From a virus (lineage: Duplodnaviria; Caudoviricetes), in IMG/VR virus record IMGVR_UViG_3300025308_000073, positions 1 to 61,468 of that record: a DNA stretch of 61,468 nt; one strand, given 5' to 3'. This document shows, piece after piece, positions 43,931 to 57,100 of this stretch. A program made the position numbers and the translations under genes. Below the pieces are notes generated by a model, which saw nothing but the letters and a program-made list of their open reading frames with translations, was not told the DNA's origin and made no database searches. Position 1 is the stretch's first letter, and each line of letters begins with the position of its first letter.

Positions 43931-45148
43931 ATGGAACTTGATTGGGGTGCATTTGGTGCAGCAGCGCGCGGTGAGAATGTTGGCGAATTCAAGCGCGGCC
44001 GGTCTGAGGAAGAGCGCAGGAAGAAGGAAGAGGAACGTCAAGATACAGAGCGCAAGCAGTACGAAGAGATCATTAAGTCTACGCATGGAGAATTTAAGGA
44101 GGGATTGAAAGCCGCCGGCGGCGCGGCTATGCCGATGCAGGATGCGTATGGAGCCGAGCCAGCTACGCCAGCGTCGGCGAACTCCATTGTCGCGCAAGGT
44201 ATTGTGCGCCCCGCTGCCGCGACAAAAGAGCCGACCTACCGCGAGCCGGACATCAATGACAAGTTTAACTACTCGGACAAGCTGTACGGAAGGCTCATAG
44301 AGGCCGGGCTGTTCGACAAGGCAAAGGAGGTCGGTCAATTCCGTTCCGGGCTGCTGGGCGAGAAGTTGCAGGCTGAGACAAAAGCACGGGAAGATGCTGT
44401 CCGTGGCGGCGTGGCCGCAATCAAATCAAGGAACCCTAAAGCAATTCTTGCTGCACTTCAAAGTGTTTCGCAGTTTGTCCCTGACGGCAATGATGTGACT
44501 GATGTGCAGATGTCAGGCGACGGCAAATATCAAATCACTTACGGCGACAACCCGCCGATAGCAATGGACGAGGGGCAGCTTACCTCATCGATTTTGGGTG
44601 CCGGTAAGGTGGAGACTATTCTGGACTACGATCACCGTCTGCAACAAACCGCATTTCAAAAAGCGCAGGAAGAGCGGCAAACGAAAAAGGATGAACGCGA
44701 CGCGACGCATCAAACCGACACGCTTGCCGAAACCAAGCGCAACCACATCGCCACCGAGGGTATCGCGCGAACCAAGGCGGTAGAAGGATCGGAAGCCACG
44801 ACCGCCGAGATTAAGAACGCGCGAGTATTTTTCCCGGAACTGTATGCAAAGAAACCGGCGGATGCTCTTTCTGCATTCAAGGATTTAACGAATGGGGAAA
44901 AGGACGCATCTGCCGTTCGCATGAAGCTGAACGCAATCTACTCTGACAGCATGAAGGGCGGATGGCCGAAAGAGGCTGGTAAATCTCAACAAGAGCGAGA
45001 TGTCTTCCTTGAAAAGCGGGTGAATTATTTTATGGGGAAAGCTGATGCGCAATCCTTTCCGCCACCAGAAAAACGCGAGATCGGCAAAGCATACCAAACC
45101 CCGAAAGGAATGATGATCTGGCGCGGCAATGGATGGAGCGCTAACTAA
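43931..45148 (+). CDS. putative internal virion/ejection protein
   Basis: Position; charged helical composition. Confidence 0.5.
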   Translation: MELDWGAFGAAARGENVGEFKRGRSEEERRKKEEERQDTERKQYEEIIKSTHGEFKEGLKAAGGAAMPMQDAYGAEPATPASANSIVAQGIVRPAAATKEPTYREPDINDKFNYSDKLYGRLIEAGLFDKAKEVGQFRSGLLGEKLQAETKAREDAVRGGVAAIKSRNPKAILAALQSVSQFVPDGNDVTDVQMSGDGKYQITYGDNPPIAMDEGQLTSSILGAGKVETILDYDHRLQQTAFQKAQEERQTKKDERDATHQTDTLAETKRNHIATEGIARTKAVEGSEATTAEIKNARVFFPELYAKKPADALSAFKDLTNGEKDASAVRMKLNAIYSDSMKGGWPKEAGKSQQERDVFLEKRVNYFMGKADAQSFPPPEKREIGKAYQTPKGMMIWRGNGWSAN

Positions 45149-48100
45149 TGGGTAAGCTGCTATCAGATGATGAGGTGTTTGGCACAGGCGCCGCACCGGC
45201 GCTAATGTCGGATGAGGAGGTGTTTGGCGGTGCTGTTGCAAACGAATCCGAACCACCCAAGCGCGGCTTCATAGGCAGCATGGCATCGCTTGCCAAAGAT
45301 GGCATTGATTCAGCAATCACTTCTGCGCGGCTTTCCGGCGATGTCGCAACCGGCAACTTTGATGAGAACGCGCCAAAGCTGATAGCTGGCTCATTGAACG
45401 TCGATCAATCTGGCAAGCCGCAAGAATTCAAGGAAGTTGCCGAATCATTCGCCCCGGCGCAGCAAGCCAAGGTGGCCGCAGGCGATTGGAGTGAACCGCT
45501 GGATAACGTGGGCGCTGTCGGGCAGATGTTATGGAACGTCGGCAAGCAGGCCGTCACCAACCCGAAAGGCTTGGCATACCTCACCGCTTCGCAGATCGCC
45601 AATATGGCTCCGTCCATTGCCGGAATGATGGCTGGCGCAAAGGGTGGTGCTGCCCTAGGCGCTGTTGCCGCACCGGTTACTGGGGGAGCCTCTATTCCGG
45701 TTGGCGCTCTGGTCGGCGGGTTGGCGGGTGGGTTTTCTGGTGAATGGCCGATGGAAGCCGGATCGGAATTTATCGGGATAATCGGCAAGGAATTGTCCAC
45801 GCGCAACCTTGCGCCAAACGAGCAGAATGTGGCGGCATTGCTGGCCGACAAGGGCTTCATGGAGACTGCGGTATCGCAGGCTAGAACCAAGGCGACCGTC
45901 ACATCTGGCATTGATTCTGCCATGACGTTGGGCGCTGGCCGTTTGGTTGGTGCGCCAGGGCGTGCCGCAGAGAGGGCTGCGCGCGTAGAGTTGGGCGCCG
46001 CCGCTACCGGCGCAGAGATAGCCAAGCGGGCTGGCGAGATCGTAGCGTCTCGCTCCATGCTGCAAAAGACCGGGAACGTCTCAAGGGCTGTTGGTCTTGA
46101 TGTCGCTGGCGGCGGACTATCGGAAGCTGGTGGGCAAGTGGCCGCTTATGGCGAGGCCGATTATGCCGACGTTGGCATGGAAATGCTGGGTGAGCTTGGT
46201 GGCGCAGGAATAGAATTGCCGAGTGCGGCATGGGCGGCTGGCAAGGGTATTGTCAGGCCAGCACCCACTCCTGACGCCAAGCAACCACCACCGCCAGCCC
46301 GACCCGGCTCGCTCACCAGCGCTGCGAACATCGCCGCACAGCAAGGCATCACGCCCACGCCCGTTCCCACGGAAGCAATCGACGCAGCCGAACTACTCGG
46401 AACACCAGACGATACCGCACCGCCACTAGCCGAGGCCGCTCAAGCTCCATTGGCGGAACCCGCTTCAATGAGCATTCTCGATGAAGTAACGAATGGCGCA
46501 ACTTCTCGACCTATCTCCACCACGCTGGATACTGGAAGCGCGACAGGCGCAAGCGATAACACCGCAGGAAGCGATACAAATGGCGTTCTTCAACATGATG
46601 CTGCAACGGGAGCCGGAAGGCTTGGAATGCCCGGAACCGCTGTGGAGGATAATGGAGCGGGTGGAGTTCAGTCGAATGGAAGTAACCAGCCGCGTCATGT
46701 AGGGCATCCGTCCGAAGTTGTGCTGCCGGACAACAGCGCATTGCCTGCGCAGTGGGAGGTGGTTGACGCAGATCAAGTCACGGCCACGCTCAAGGAAGGC
46801 AAGAACCAGCCGCGCGATCGGAGCCGTGCCGCAGCGAATGCCCAGGTGCAGGGTATCGCCAATATGCCGGACTATCGCCGCCTGGCCGATTCTCCCGTCA
46901 TGGACGTTGGCGCCCCGACACTTTCGCAAGATGGCGCAATCGTCGGCGGAAATGGCCGCTTTGAGGGCGTGAGCCGGGCATACGACCAAGGCACTGCCGC
47001 CGAGTACCGCGCGCACCTGGAGGCCGATGCAGCCGCAAAGGGGATCGACCCTGCGACATTCTCCGGCATGAACAAGCCGGTGCTGGTGCGCCGCATCACC
47101 CAGCCGTTTGACACCCGCGCGCTGGCCGTAGCATCCAATTCCGGCGGCAGCTTGCAGTATTCGGCGCTGGAACAAGCTAAGATCGACGGCGAGCGCATGA
47201 ATAGCCTGGGCGACATCGAGGTGAACGACACCGGCGACGTGGTGATGAGCGGCGGCAACATGGCGAACGTGCGCCGCGCGCTGACCGGCTACAACGCCGC
47301 CGAGATGGGCTCGATGACCGATAAGGACGGCTTGCTGTCGCAAGAGGGCATCCGGCGCATCAAGAACGCGCTGCTCTATAAAGCCTACGGCAACAGCTCC
47401 GTGCTGTCGCGCCTGGTGGAGTCTGCCGATCCAGACCTTAAATCAGTGATGGGCGCATTGGTGCGCTCCGCCGGATCGGTGGCCAGCGTGCGCGCCGACA
47501 TGAAGGATGGCAACAAGCCGGCAGATGCCGACATCGCCGAAGACCTGCTTTCAGGCGTCGAGCTTCTTAGCAAGATCAAGGCGCAAGGCTCGTCTGTCGA
47601 GCAGTACATGGCGCAAGATGCGATGTTCGGCAAGGAATACACCAAAGAAGCCGCGGCGATTACACGCTACCTGAGCGATAATATCCGCTCGCAGAAACGC
47701 ATGGCGGAATACATCAAGTCGTACTATGATGGTATCGCCAATGAGGATCATTTAACCGGCAGCATGTTCGAGACTGCGCCGGCATCGAAGAAAGAGAGGC
47801 TTGACCATGCCGCACGACAAGCAGCCGCCGGATCAGCAACAGAGCAAAGACCCACTGAGCGAGGAAGAGAAACAACAACTCCTGTCGTTCATGCACAAGA
47901 TCAACACCAATCCGAAAATGCGCAACGCGCTACTGTACGCGATGGAGCAGTCCAGCAAGATACCGGAGTAACCGGAGACGGCACCAAGGCCGCGCCCATC
48001 AAGGTCGAGCATCACGACCATATCAAGCAGGCCGAACAGCGCGTCAACACCAACCCGACAGACGCACAAAAGAAAAATGGCAATTACGCCATGGGGCATG

Positions 48101-51100
48101 TTGTCTGGAACGGCCTAGACATCACCATCGAGAACCCGCAGGGCAGCGAACGCTCCGGCACCGACGCGAACGGCAAGGCGTGGAGCGTCACCATGCCAGC
48201 TTCGTATGGATATTTGAAGCGTACCGAGGGAGCCGACGGCGATCACATCGACGTTTACTTGGGTAAACACCTGCAAAGCGACAAGGTATTCATCATCGAC
48301 CAGAAACACCTTGGAGGTGGCGAATTCGACGAGCATAAGGTCATGCTGGGCTTCCCGACATTGCGCGAGGCTGAGCGCATCTACAAGCGCGGATTCTCTG
48401 ATGGCAAGGGAGTGGAGAGGCTTGGCGCAATTACGCCAATATCTATTGGAGAGTTCAAGGAGTGGATCAAGACCGAAGATACAACCAAGCCGGTCGCTGA
48501 ATCGCTGCTGACCAGCTACACCCAAGCGGACATCGCAAAGCGCGAGCAGCAAGACACCACCGCCGAAGATCAAGCCGCCGTAGATCGCGCGGTCGAGCAT
48601 TCGCGCAACCAGCCGCTTTCGCTGTCCGCGCAAACCCAAGAGCGCTCCGAGGGCAAAACAGCGCAAGCTGGCATGTTCACGCCCGACGGGCGGGCGACGG
48701 TTGCAGCGGAACAATCTGCCAAAGCCAAGGCAGACGCCGACATTCAGGACGCGCTCAACGACTTGGGCGCAATCATGCGCGACCTGGTTGGCGTGCAGCG
48801 CATCATGCCGGAGGATCAACAAAAGCTATTGCCGGTGCTGGTGCGCCTGTTCGATGCCGCCTTCCGCAAGGGGTATTACGACATCCGCGAAGCCACCCGC
48901 TTTGTGCGCAACTTGCTGGCGGAAAGCGACGCAACTAAGGCTGCCGCCAAATTCCTGCCGGTATCACTGATGGATCAAGCGGCCAAGGAAGCGGCGGCCA
49001 AGATGCCGGAAGGGTTCTTCGAGAACCAGGGCTTGTTCAATCAGGCTGCGCCAAAGCAGGAAGCCGAGCATGTGCAGGATCGCATGACGAACGCGGACAA
49101 GAAGTCGGATAGCCGCAACTTCAAGCTGCCCGCGCTGCATGAGTTCGTGCCTGCCGATGTGCTGCAGCGCGCGCACTACCTGATTGTCAAGACTCCGAAG
49201 GCCAAAGAGCCCACCATCAGCGCCGAGGATCGTGCGGCGGCAGAAGTTGCGCTCAAGCCGCTGATCAAGAAGGCTGAGAAAGCCAAGCCGGAGTTCGACC
49301 GGATTGTGGTCGAGATCGCCAAGGATGTTGGCATCGGTCAGATGCTTGCGGATGTTAAGGGGGTAGGGCGAGCGGCGGAGAAGATGGTATTGGAAAAAGG
49401 TTACTCATACCGCGATTTGATTGGAGCGAGGCAATTTGATGCAAGTAAAATGCGCGACCTGCTGCGCGCTACAGTCGTGGTTGAATCCTATAGTGATGTT
49501 GATGTGGTTGTCGCCGCGATCAAGGCGCGCTTCGCAATCGAGATTGATAAAAAGAACGGCGAGGAACGCTACAAAGATAGGGTTGCCAACCCCACATCAG
49601 AAGGCTACCGCGATGTCATGCTGAATGTGGTATTGAAGGATGGAACGATTGCCGAGATTCAAATAAACATCCCCGCCATGTTGGCCGCGAAGGACTTAGG
49701 GCATGATCTTCATGAGCGCGCTAGGGTGCTTCGTAATGACGATCCGCTCAAGGCTGAATTGGATGATGCTCAGAAGGCGCTTTACGCCCCCGCCTATCAA
49801 GCCTCAACCAGGTCAACCCCGCACTCTTTGGAGAATTCGGCCTCGGTTTTGGGAAACAAGTATCCGCGTGTTCCAATCTCAGAGCCTTCAGAAACAAAGT
49901 CATCCTTGAATGGCGCAAACACCCTGCCATCTGGAACAACACAAAGCGGATCACCGCTTTCTGTCTCCCAAAACTTTGTTCCTTCTGGAAACTTGGCTCC
50001 TGCAATCGGGAATCTATCTGGTAATTTCATTTCTGGTTCCTCCAAGCACACTATAGCAAAAAACGCAAGCGAAGTCCATAATGCCGATACAGGCAGTGGC
50101 GAAAATACAACACAAGGAGCGCAACATGAGAACCGATCAGCTGGTGCTGGCAGCAATGAAGGAAAAAGCGCCACAACTGCTGGCGCAGCTCAAGGAAAGC
50201 CAAAGTCTGGATCAGTACATCCAGACTTTAGCGGAAGACATATCGTCCGAAATAACCACCCTGTCATTGCAGATAGCGATCAAGCACGGGTACAACGACC
50301 CGGACAAGACGCTGCCGGAGCGGGTGGCGATACACAACGGGGCGATACCGCTGGCGCGGGAGATCGTGCTGGCGGAGCTGCTGGACTTCCCGCGGGACAG
50401 CCCGGAACAGGAGCCGTCGGAGTCGTGGACGGGCGTGCCGGACGAGCTGTTCCCGCAGGACGGGACATCCCCGCCAAGACGGGTGGCAATTACCACTTCA
50501 CGGAAGCCGACCTAGACTACAAAGGCAGTTGGTTCACCAAGGCCAAACAGAACGTCGAGGCCGTCGAGCTAGTCAAGAAGCTGGACAAGGAAGGCCGCAA
50601 GGCTACCCGCGCAGAACAAGCCATTCTCGCCAAGTTCATCGGCTGGGGTGCATCTGAAATCCGCAACAACATCTTTGATACCAAGCTGGATGCGCAACTC
50701 GAAACGCTGGCCAAGTACGACGAGGCTATTGCCAGCCTGGGCAACAAGCCCTATCTGACCAACTCCAACTACCGGGAATATCATCCCGCCTTCCTGGTAT
50801 TGCAGGCCAAGAACCCCGCGCTGAGCTGGTACACGGCTGGCAACATCACCAAGGCGATGCTGGATGCGGCCAAGCCTGACAAGTCGGTGAGCGACTGGGG
50901 CAAGCTGCGCGACCGCCTCCAAGCTGTCATGTCGGATGAGGACTGGAAAACCGCCGAGCGCTCTACCCAGTACGCGCACTACACCGGCAAAGAGGTCGTC
51001 ACCGAGATATTGCGCGCCGCCGATCTACTTGGGTTCAAGGGTGGCTCTATGCTTGAACCTGGCGCCGGTATCGGGGTGTTCCCCGGCCTGATGAATTCTG

Positions 51101-54100
51101 CCATGGCAAACAACTCCATCTACACCGGCATCGAATTCGACGCGCTGACCGGCGCGATCCTGCAACACCTGCAACCGGACGAGCGCATCCTAGTCGAGTC
51201 GTTCATCGACTCCGCCTTGCCGGACAACTTCTACGATGTAGCCATCGGCAACCCACCGTTTTCTGATTCCAAGGTGCTGTCCGACCCACGCTACAAGAAG
51301 CACGCCTTCGCGCTGCATGACTACTTCTTCGCCAAGACCATGGATAAGGTCAAGCCGGGCGGGCTGGTGATGTTTGTGACCAGCCGCCACACCATGGACA
51401 AGCAGGGCGATAAGGCGCGGCAATACCTCGCCGAGCGCGCCGACCTGCTGGGCGCGATCCGCCTGCCGCAGACGGCATTCCAAAAGAACGCCGGAACAGA
51501 AGTGGTGACGGACATCCTGTTCCTGCGCAAGAAGGTGCCCGGCGAGACGTTTGAAGGCCACGGCTGGATGGGGTTGGAAAAGATCAAGATCAAGGGCGGC
51601 GATCACCTCATCAATGAGTATTTCGCCAAGCATCCAGAGATGGTGCTGGGAGAAGGCGCACTTGAAAGCGGACAGTTCGGCAAGCAATATACCGTCCTGC
51701 CCAACAAGGATGTGCCGACAACCGAATTGTTGGCGAAGGCGGTTGATAGATTGCCGCGTGATGTGTTCCGCCCGGCAGAAGAATCTGCCGCCAAGGCCGC
51801 GCAAGTGCGCCAGCTCGACTTCAACCCGAAGGCGAAGAAGGAAGGCAACTACTATGTGAGCGATGACGGGAAACTCATGCAGGTAGAGAACCGCCTGGGC
51901 GTGCCGGCAGACAAAGTGAAGGGGATAGATGCGCCTTTGGTCAGGAGCTTCGTGCGACTGCGCGACGCGCTGAACCAGACGCAGTACGACCAATTGAACG
52001 ATGGCGACTGGGAAGCGTCGCTTAAGGCGCTGCAAAAGGAATACAAGGCATTCGTCAGGGTGCATGGCAACCTGCTGCAAAATACCGTTGTTGAGCGCAA
52101 GGCGGTAGTCGAGGACGAAGATGGCAACGAGGTGGAGGATATTATTTCCTCGCGCCGTTTCAAGCTGATCCCCAAGTTGAACGACGATCCCGAATACTCC
52201 AAGGTGCTGGCGCTGGAGACAATCAATGACGACACCGGCGAGATCAAGGAAAGCGACTTCCTCACGAAGCGCACGCTGGATCAGCGCAAGGAATCCAAGA
52301 TCAGCACACCGCACGATGCTTTGCTGTCATCGCTGAACGACCTCGGGCGGGTGGATATTCCGCTGATCGCGCAGCGCATCGGCTTGAGCGAGATCGAGAC
52401 AATCAACTCGCTGGGGTCGGCAATCTATGAATCGCCCTCCAATGGCTGGCAAATGGCGGATGAATACCTGTCCGGCAACGTGAAGGCAAAGCTGAAAGAG
52501 GCAGAAGCTGCCGCGAAAACAGACCGCGGATTCGCGCGCAACGTCGAGGCGCTGATGAACGCCCAGCCGTCGCCGGTTTCGCCATCCGACATCACCACCT
52601 CGCTCGGCATGAACTGGATACCCGGCGAGGTGTACGCGCAGTTCCTGCACGAAAAGACCGGCGTTAAGGCCAATATTTCTTACAACGAGCACACCGGCAA
52701 CTGGAATGTGTCCGTCATATCTGGCAACAAGACCAACCGGGCAACGGTTGACTGGGGGACAGCGGATCGTGATGCGGCCGACATCATGGAAGCCGGGCTA
52801 ACTGGGCGGACAATCCGCATCACCGCCAAAGACCCGGACACGAAGGCGACAGTATTTCAGCCTGCCGCCACCGAGGCCGCCATCCAGAAACTGAAGGAGA
52901 TGCGCCAGGCGTTTGCCGATTGGATGTGGCAAGACAACGAGCGCACAGAGAAGCTGGTCACGCTCTACAACGACAAGTTCAACACCACGGTATCGCGCAA
53001 GTTCGACGGGCGCCACCTGACTTTGCCGGGCACGACGACAACGATCAGCGTGTTCGATCACGTCAAGCGCGGCGCATGGCGCATCATCCAGTCCGGCAAC
53101 ACCTATCTGGCGCACGCGGTCGGGAGCGGCAAGACATGGGAAATGGTGATCTCGGCCATGGAGCAAAAGCGCCTGGGCATGATCAGCAAGCCGATGATGG
53201 TGGTGCCGAACCACATGCTGCAACAGTTCGCGCAGGAATGGCTGCAACTGTACCCTTCCGCCAGGTTGATGGTGGCCGACGAGAAGCAATTCCACACCGA
53301 CAACCGCCGCCGCTTCATCGCGCGCGTGGGCATGTCAGACCTGGATGGCGTCATTATTACGCACTCCGCGTTCAAGCTGCTCGATCTTGATCCCGAGTTC
53401 AAGGACAAGATGATGAACGAGCAGCTGGACTATTACCGCGCCGCGCTGGAAGAGGTGCAGGATGCCGAAGGCGATACCGGCGACGCGAAAAAGAGCCGCA
53501 GCCCGAAAGTTCGCGACATCCAGAACCGCATTGAGAAGCTGGAAGAAAAACTCAAGTCGGCAATGTCAGGCGAAGGGAAGGACAAGAACGTGCGCTTCGA
53601 TGAGATGGGCGTGGATATGCTCTACGTTGACGAGGCGCACGAGTACCGCAAGCTGGAGTTTTCGACGGTGCGCCAGGTGAAGGGGATCAGCTCGACCGGT
53701 TCTGATCGCGCCTTTGACCTGTACATGAAAACGCGCTGGCTCGAAGAGAAGAAGCCGGGGCGCTCGCTGGTGCTGGCATCCGGCACACCGGTGACCAACA
53801 CGATGGCGGAGATGTATTCCGTGCAGCGCTTCATGCAACCCAAGGTGCTTGAAGAGAAGGGGCTGCAAACCTTCGACGCATGGGCTTCGATGTTCGGCGA
53901 AGAGAGCACCGAGATCGAGGCCGACGCCTCCGGCAAGTATGCGCCGGTGACGCGCTTCGCCAATATCGTGAACGTGCCTGAGCTGACGCAGATGTTCCGA
54001 GAATTTGCCGACGTGCTGACCTCCGAACACCTCGCCGAAATGCTGGGTGACAAGCGGCCAAGCGTGAAGTATGGCGCGCGCAAGCTGGTCATCACGCCGC

Positions 54101-57100
54101 AGGTTGACGACTATCTGGACTACAAGAAAGAACTCGCTGCCAGACTTGAGAAGTCGCGGAAGTGGAAGCCGTCGCGCGACGAGCCGAACAATCCAGACCC
54201 GGTAATCCGCATCATCGGCGATGGCCGCCTGGCCGCTATCGACATGCGCTTCATCGACCCGTCACTGCCATCTGATCCGGCCTCCAAGCTGAATGTGATG
54301 GCCGACGGCGTGATTAAATCCTACAAAAAAGGCGCGGACTATACGTTCAAGAACAAAGCGGGCAAGGAAGAAGAGACAAATGGCACTACGCAGATGGTGT
54401 TCTCCGATATCGGATTTGGCGCAGGAGTGGCGGCAAATCGCGGGTTTAATGCGCGCGCGTGGTTCGAGAAGCGCCTGCGCGACGCCGGAATACCGCCGAA
54501 TCAGGTTGTCTTTATGTCCGACCTGAAAAAATCCGACGCCAAGCAAAAGGCGTTCAAGGATATGAACTCCGGGCGTGTGCGCATTCTGGTGGGTAGCAGC
54601 AAGAACATGGGTACCGGCGTCAATGCGCAGCAACGCCTGAGAGCGCTGCATCACCTGGACACTCCGTGGTACCCGGCAGACCTGGAGCAGCGCGAGGGGC
54701 GCATCGTGCGCCAGGGCAACAAGAATCGAAATGTGCGGATATTCGCCTACTCCACCAAGGGGAGCTACGACACGAATATGTGGCAGTTGCTCGCGCGCAA
54801 GCAGCGTTTCATCGACCAGGCGCTATCCGGCGATTCGTCGGTGCGCAGGCTTGAGGATATATCCGAGACAAGCCAATTCCAGATGGCAACCGCCATGACC
54901 GCCGGGGACGAGCGCGCCATCCGGCTGGCCGGGTTGAAGTCGGATATTGACCGCTACCAGCGCCTGTACCGCTCGCATGAAGAGACGCGCATGCGGCTGG
55001 CGCAGGAGATTGTCAGGGCGAAGTATGCAATCGAAGTGGCGGAGCGCAAGCTGCCGGGCGCCGAGAAAATGGCCGGCAAGGTGCAAGACCTGTCCGGCGA
55101 CAAGTTCGCCGCCAAGGCTGGCAAGACGACATACTCCAAGCGCAAGGAATGGGGAGAAGCCTTGTTGGCCAAGCTCAAGGCCTATGCTGATACCGCCAAG
55201 GAAGGTGTCGAGGTTGTCGGCGAAGTGTCGGGCATGCCCATCGAGATCATCGGCAAGATCGACCGCAACAACGACGGCAAGGTGCTCGGCTATTACGTCC
55301 GGCTGGAAATGAAGCTGGGTGAGGATGGCGCAATCATTGGCCGCGATCCGAATGATGATGCGGTGGGATTGTCCATGCGCGCCACGAATGCGCTGGCCGG
55401 CGTGGAGCGCAAGCCGGAAGAGCTGCGCAAAACTGTCTTGGATGCAAAGGCGCAGATCAGCGCGAACGAAAGCCGCACCGGCGCAAAGTTTCAATTCGCT
55501 CAGGAAATGGCCGACAAGATCAAGGAAGCTAAAGAGCTTGAAGCGGAAATGGAGCGCGACGGAAAAGACCATTCCAACTCGGAGCTGGTGCAGAAAGCCA
55601 AGGCTTTCGCCGAGAAGTACCACAGCGAGATTGATCAGCGCCGCAAGTTCACCAACGAGCCGTACATCATGCACCCACAAGGCGTGGTGGACATCCTGCG
55701 CACAGTGCCGCACACCGAGGAAATGCTGGCCGCCGCCTGGGCGCATGACACGGTAGAGGATACCAAGGTAATGCTGGATGACGTGCGCGCGGAACTGGGC
55801 GACAAGGTTGCCGATCTGGTCGAGCAGCTCACCAAGCCATACGACATCAGCAAGATGACGCCGGATGCGCAGACAATCAAGCTGGCCGACATTACGCACA
55901 ACGCACTTGCCGCAAAGGATGCTCCAGCCGACTTTACGCGGCGCTACCTGCCAAAAAAGACTGCCGAGCTTGAGTTGCTGAAAGGCGGCAATCAGGAATT
56001 GTGGGGCAAGGCAAAGCAGGCCATCGAGGGCGATGATGTGCCGCTTGCAAGCGTAGCAAATAAAGCGCAGAGTGACAGCTATGAAGTACAACCAGACACC
56101 GCTCGCAACCTGCCTATCGACGGAGCCACGCTCGTTGAACTACGTCGTGCTGCGGCTGGTATCGAATCGGCAGAACGGGGGGTTACCTTCACCGTCAGCG
56201 CCGACGGCAAAGCCATCGTCACCGGCCCCGCTCGCGTCAAGGTTCCTGCTCGATTCCAGCGATTCGCCAACGAACACGGATTGACGCTGGTCGTTCAGCG
56301 CGCAAGCGCAGCTGGCGGATTCAGCAACGCCAACACAGCCATGCCGACAGCCAACCGCGAAGCTGGCGCGCTTTACTTTGGCGAGATGGGTACAAGTCAT
56401 ATTGACCGCACCGGAAGGACGCGGTTCAGCAAAGCCGAGCAGGCAAACCCAACGCCGCAAACCGTCGAATCCATCAAGCAAGCCACCGCCAAGCTGCGCG
56501 CAAGCTGGCATGGCTTCAAGCGTGTCATCATCGTGCAGTCGGTCAAGGAAATCCCTACCGAACTCTACTTGCGCGCGCTGCGCGCGGCCAAGCCGATAGA
56601 CCAGCATTCTGAGGGTATCTACGATCCCAAGACTTACACCGTCTATCTGGTGGCCGACAACATCGCATCGCCGGAGCGCGCTGTGTGGGTGGCAATCCAT
56701 GAAGTAGTAGGCCATGGCGGGATCCGGATGCTGGGTAGCCCGGTAGTGGATGCGCTGATCCATGCCGCCAAGAACGGCTTTGTGACCAAGCTCGCCCAAG
56801 CCATTGCAACGGATCGCGGCGAAATATTCGACGCTAGGACACACACCGACGAGGCCATCGCCGAGCTGGCGGCGGCCACCATCACCGGCAATGTTGATGC
56901 CATCCTTGAGCGCTACGGCGTGAAGGTGCCTATCGGGATGCGCAGCAACCTGCTGGGCATGATTAGGCGCGTGGTGGACGCGGTGCGCCAGTTCATTGGC
57001 CGCGTGACCGGCAAGCCGATCGAAGAGGTTAGCGACGGCGAGGTACTCGGGCTAATCCGGCAGATGAAGAATGCGGTCGAGGGTAAGGCGCAGGGATATG

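Noticed and set aside
56072-56284. Another nested +1-frame ORF in the giant gene
   Set aside because: No RBS; here the alternative frame is the low-complexity one and the main frame looks structured.
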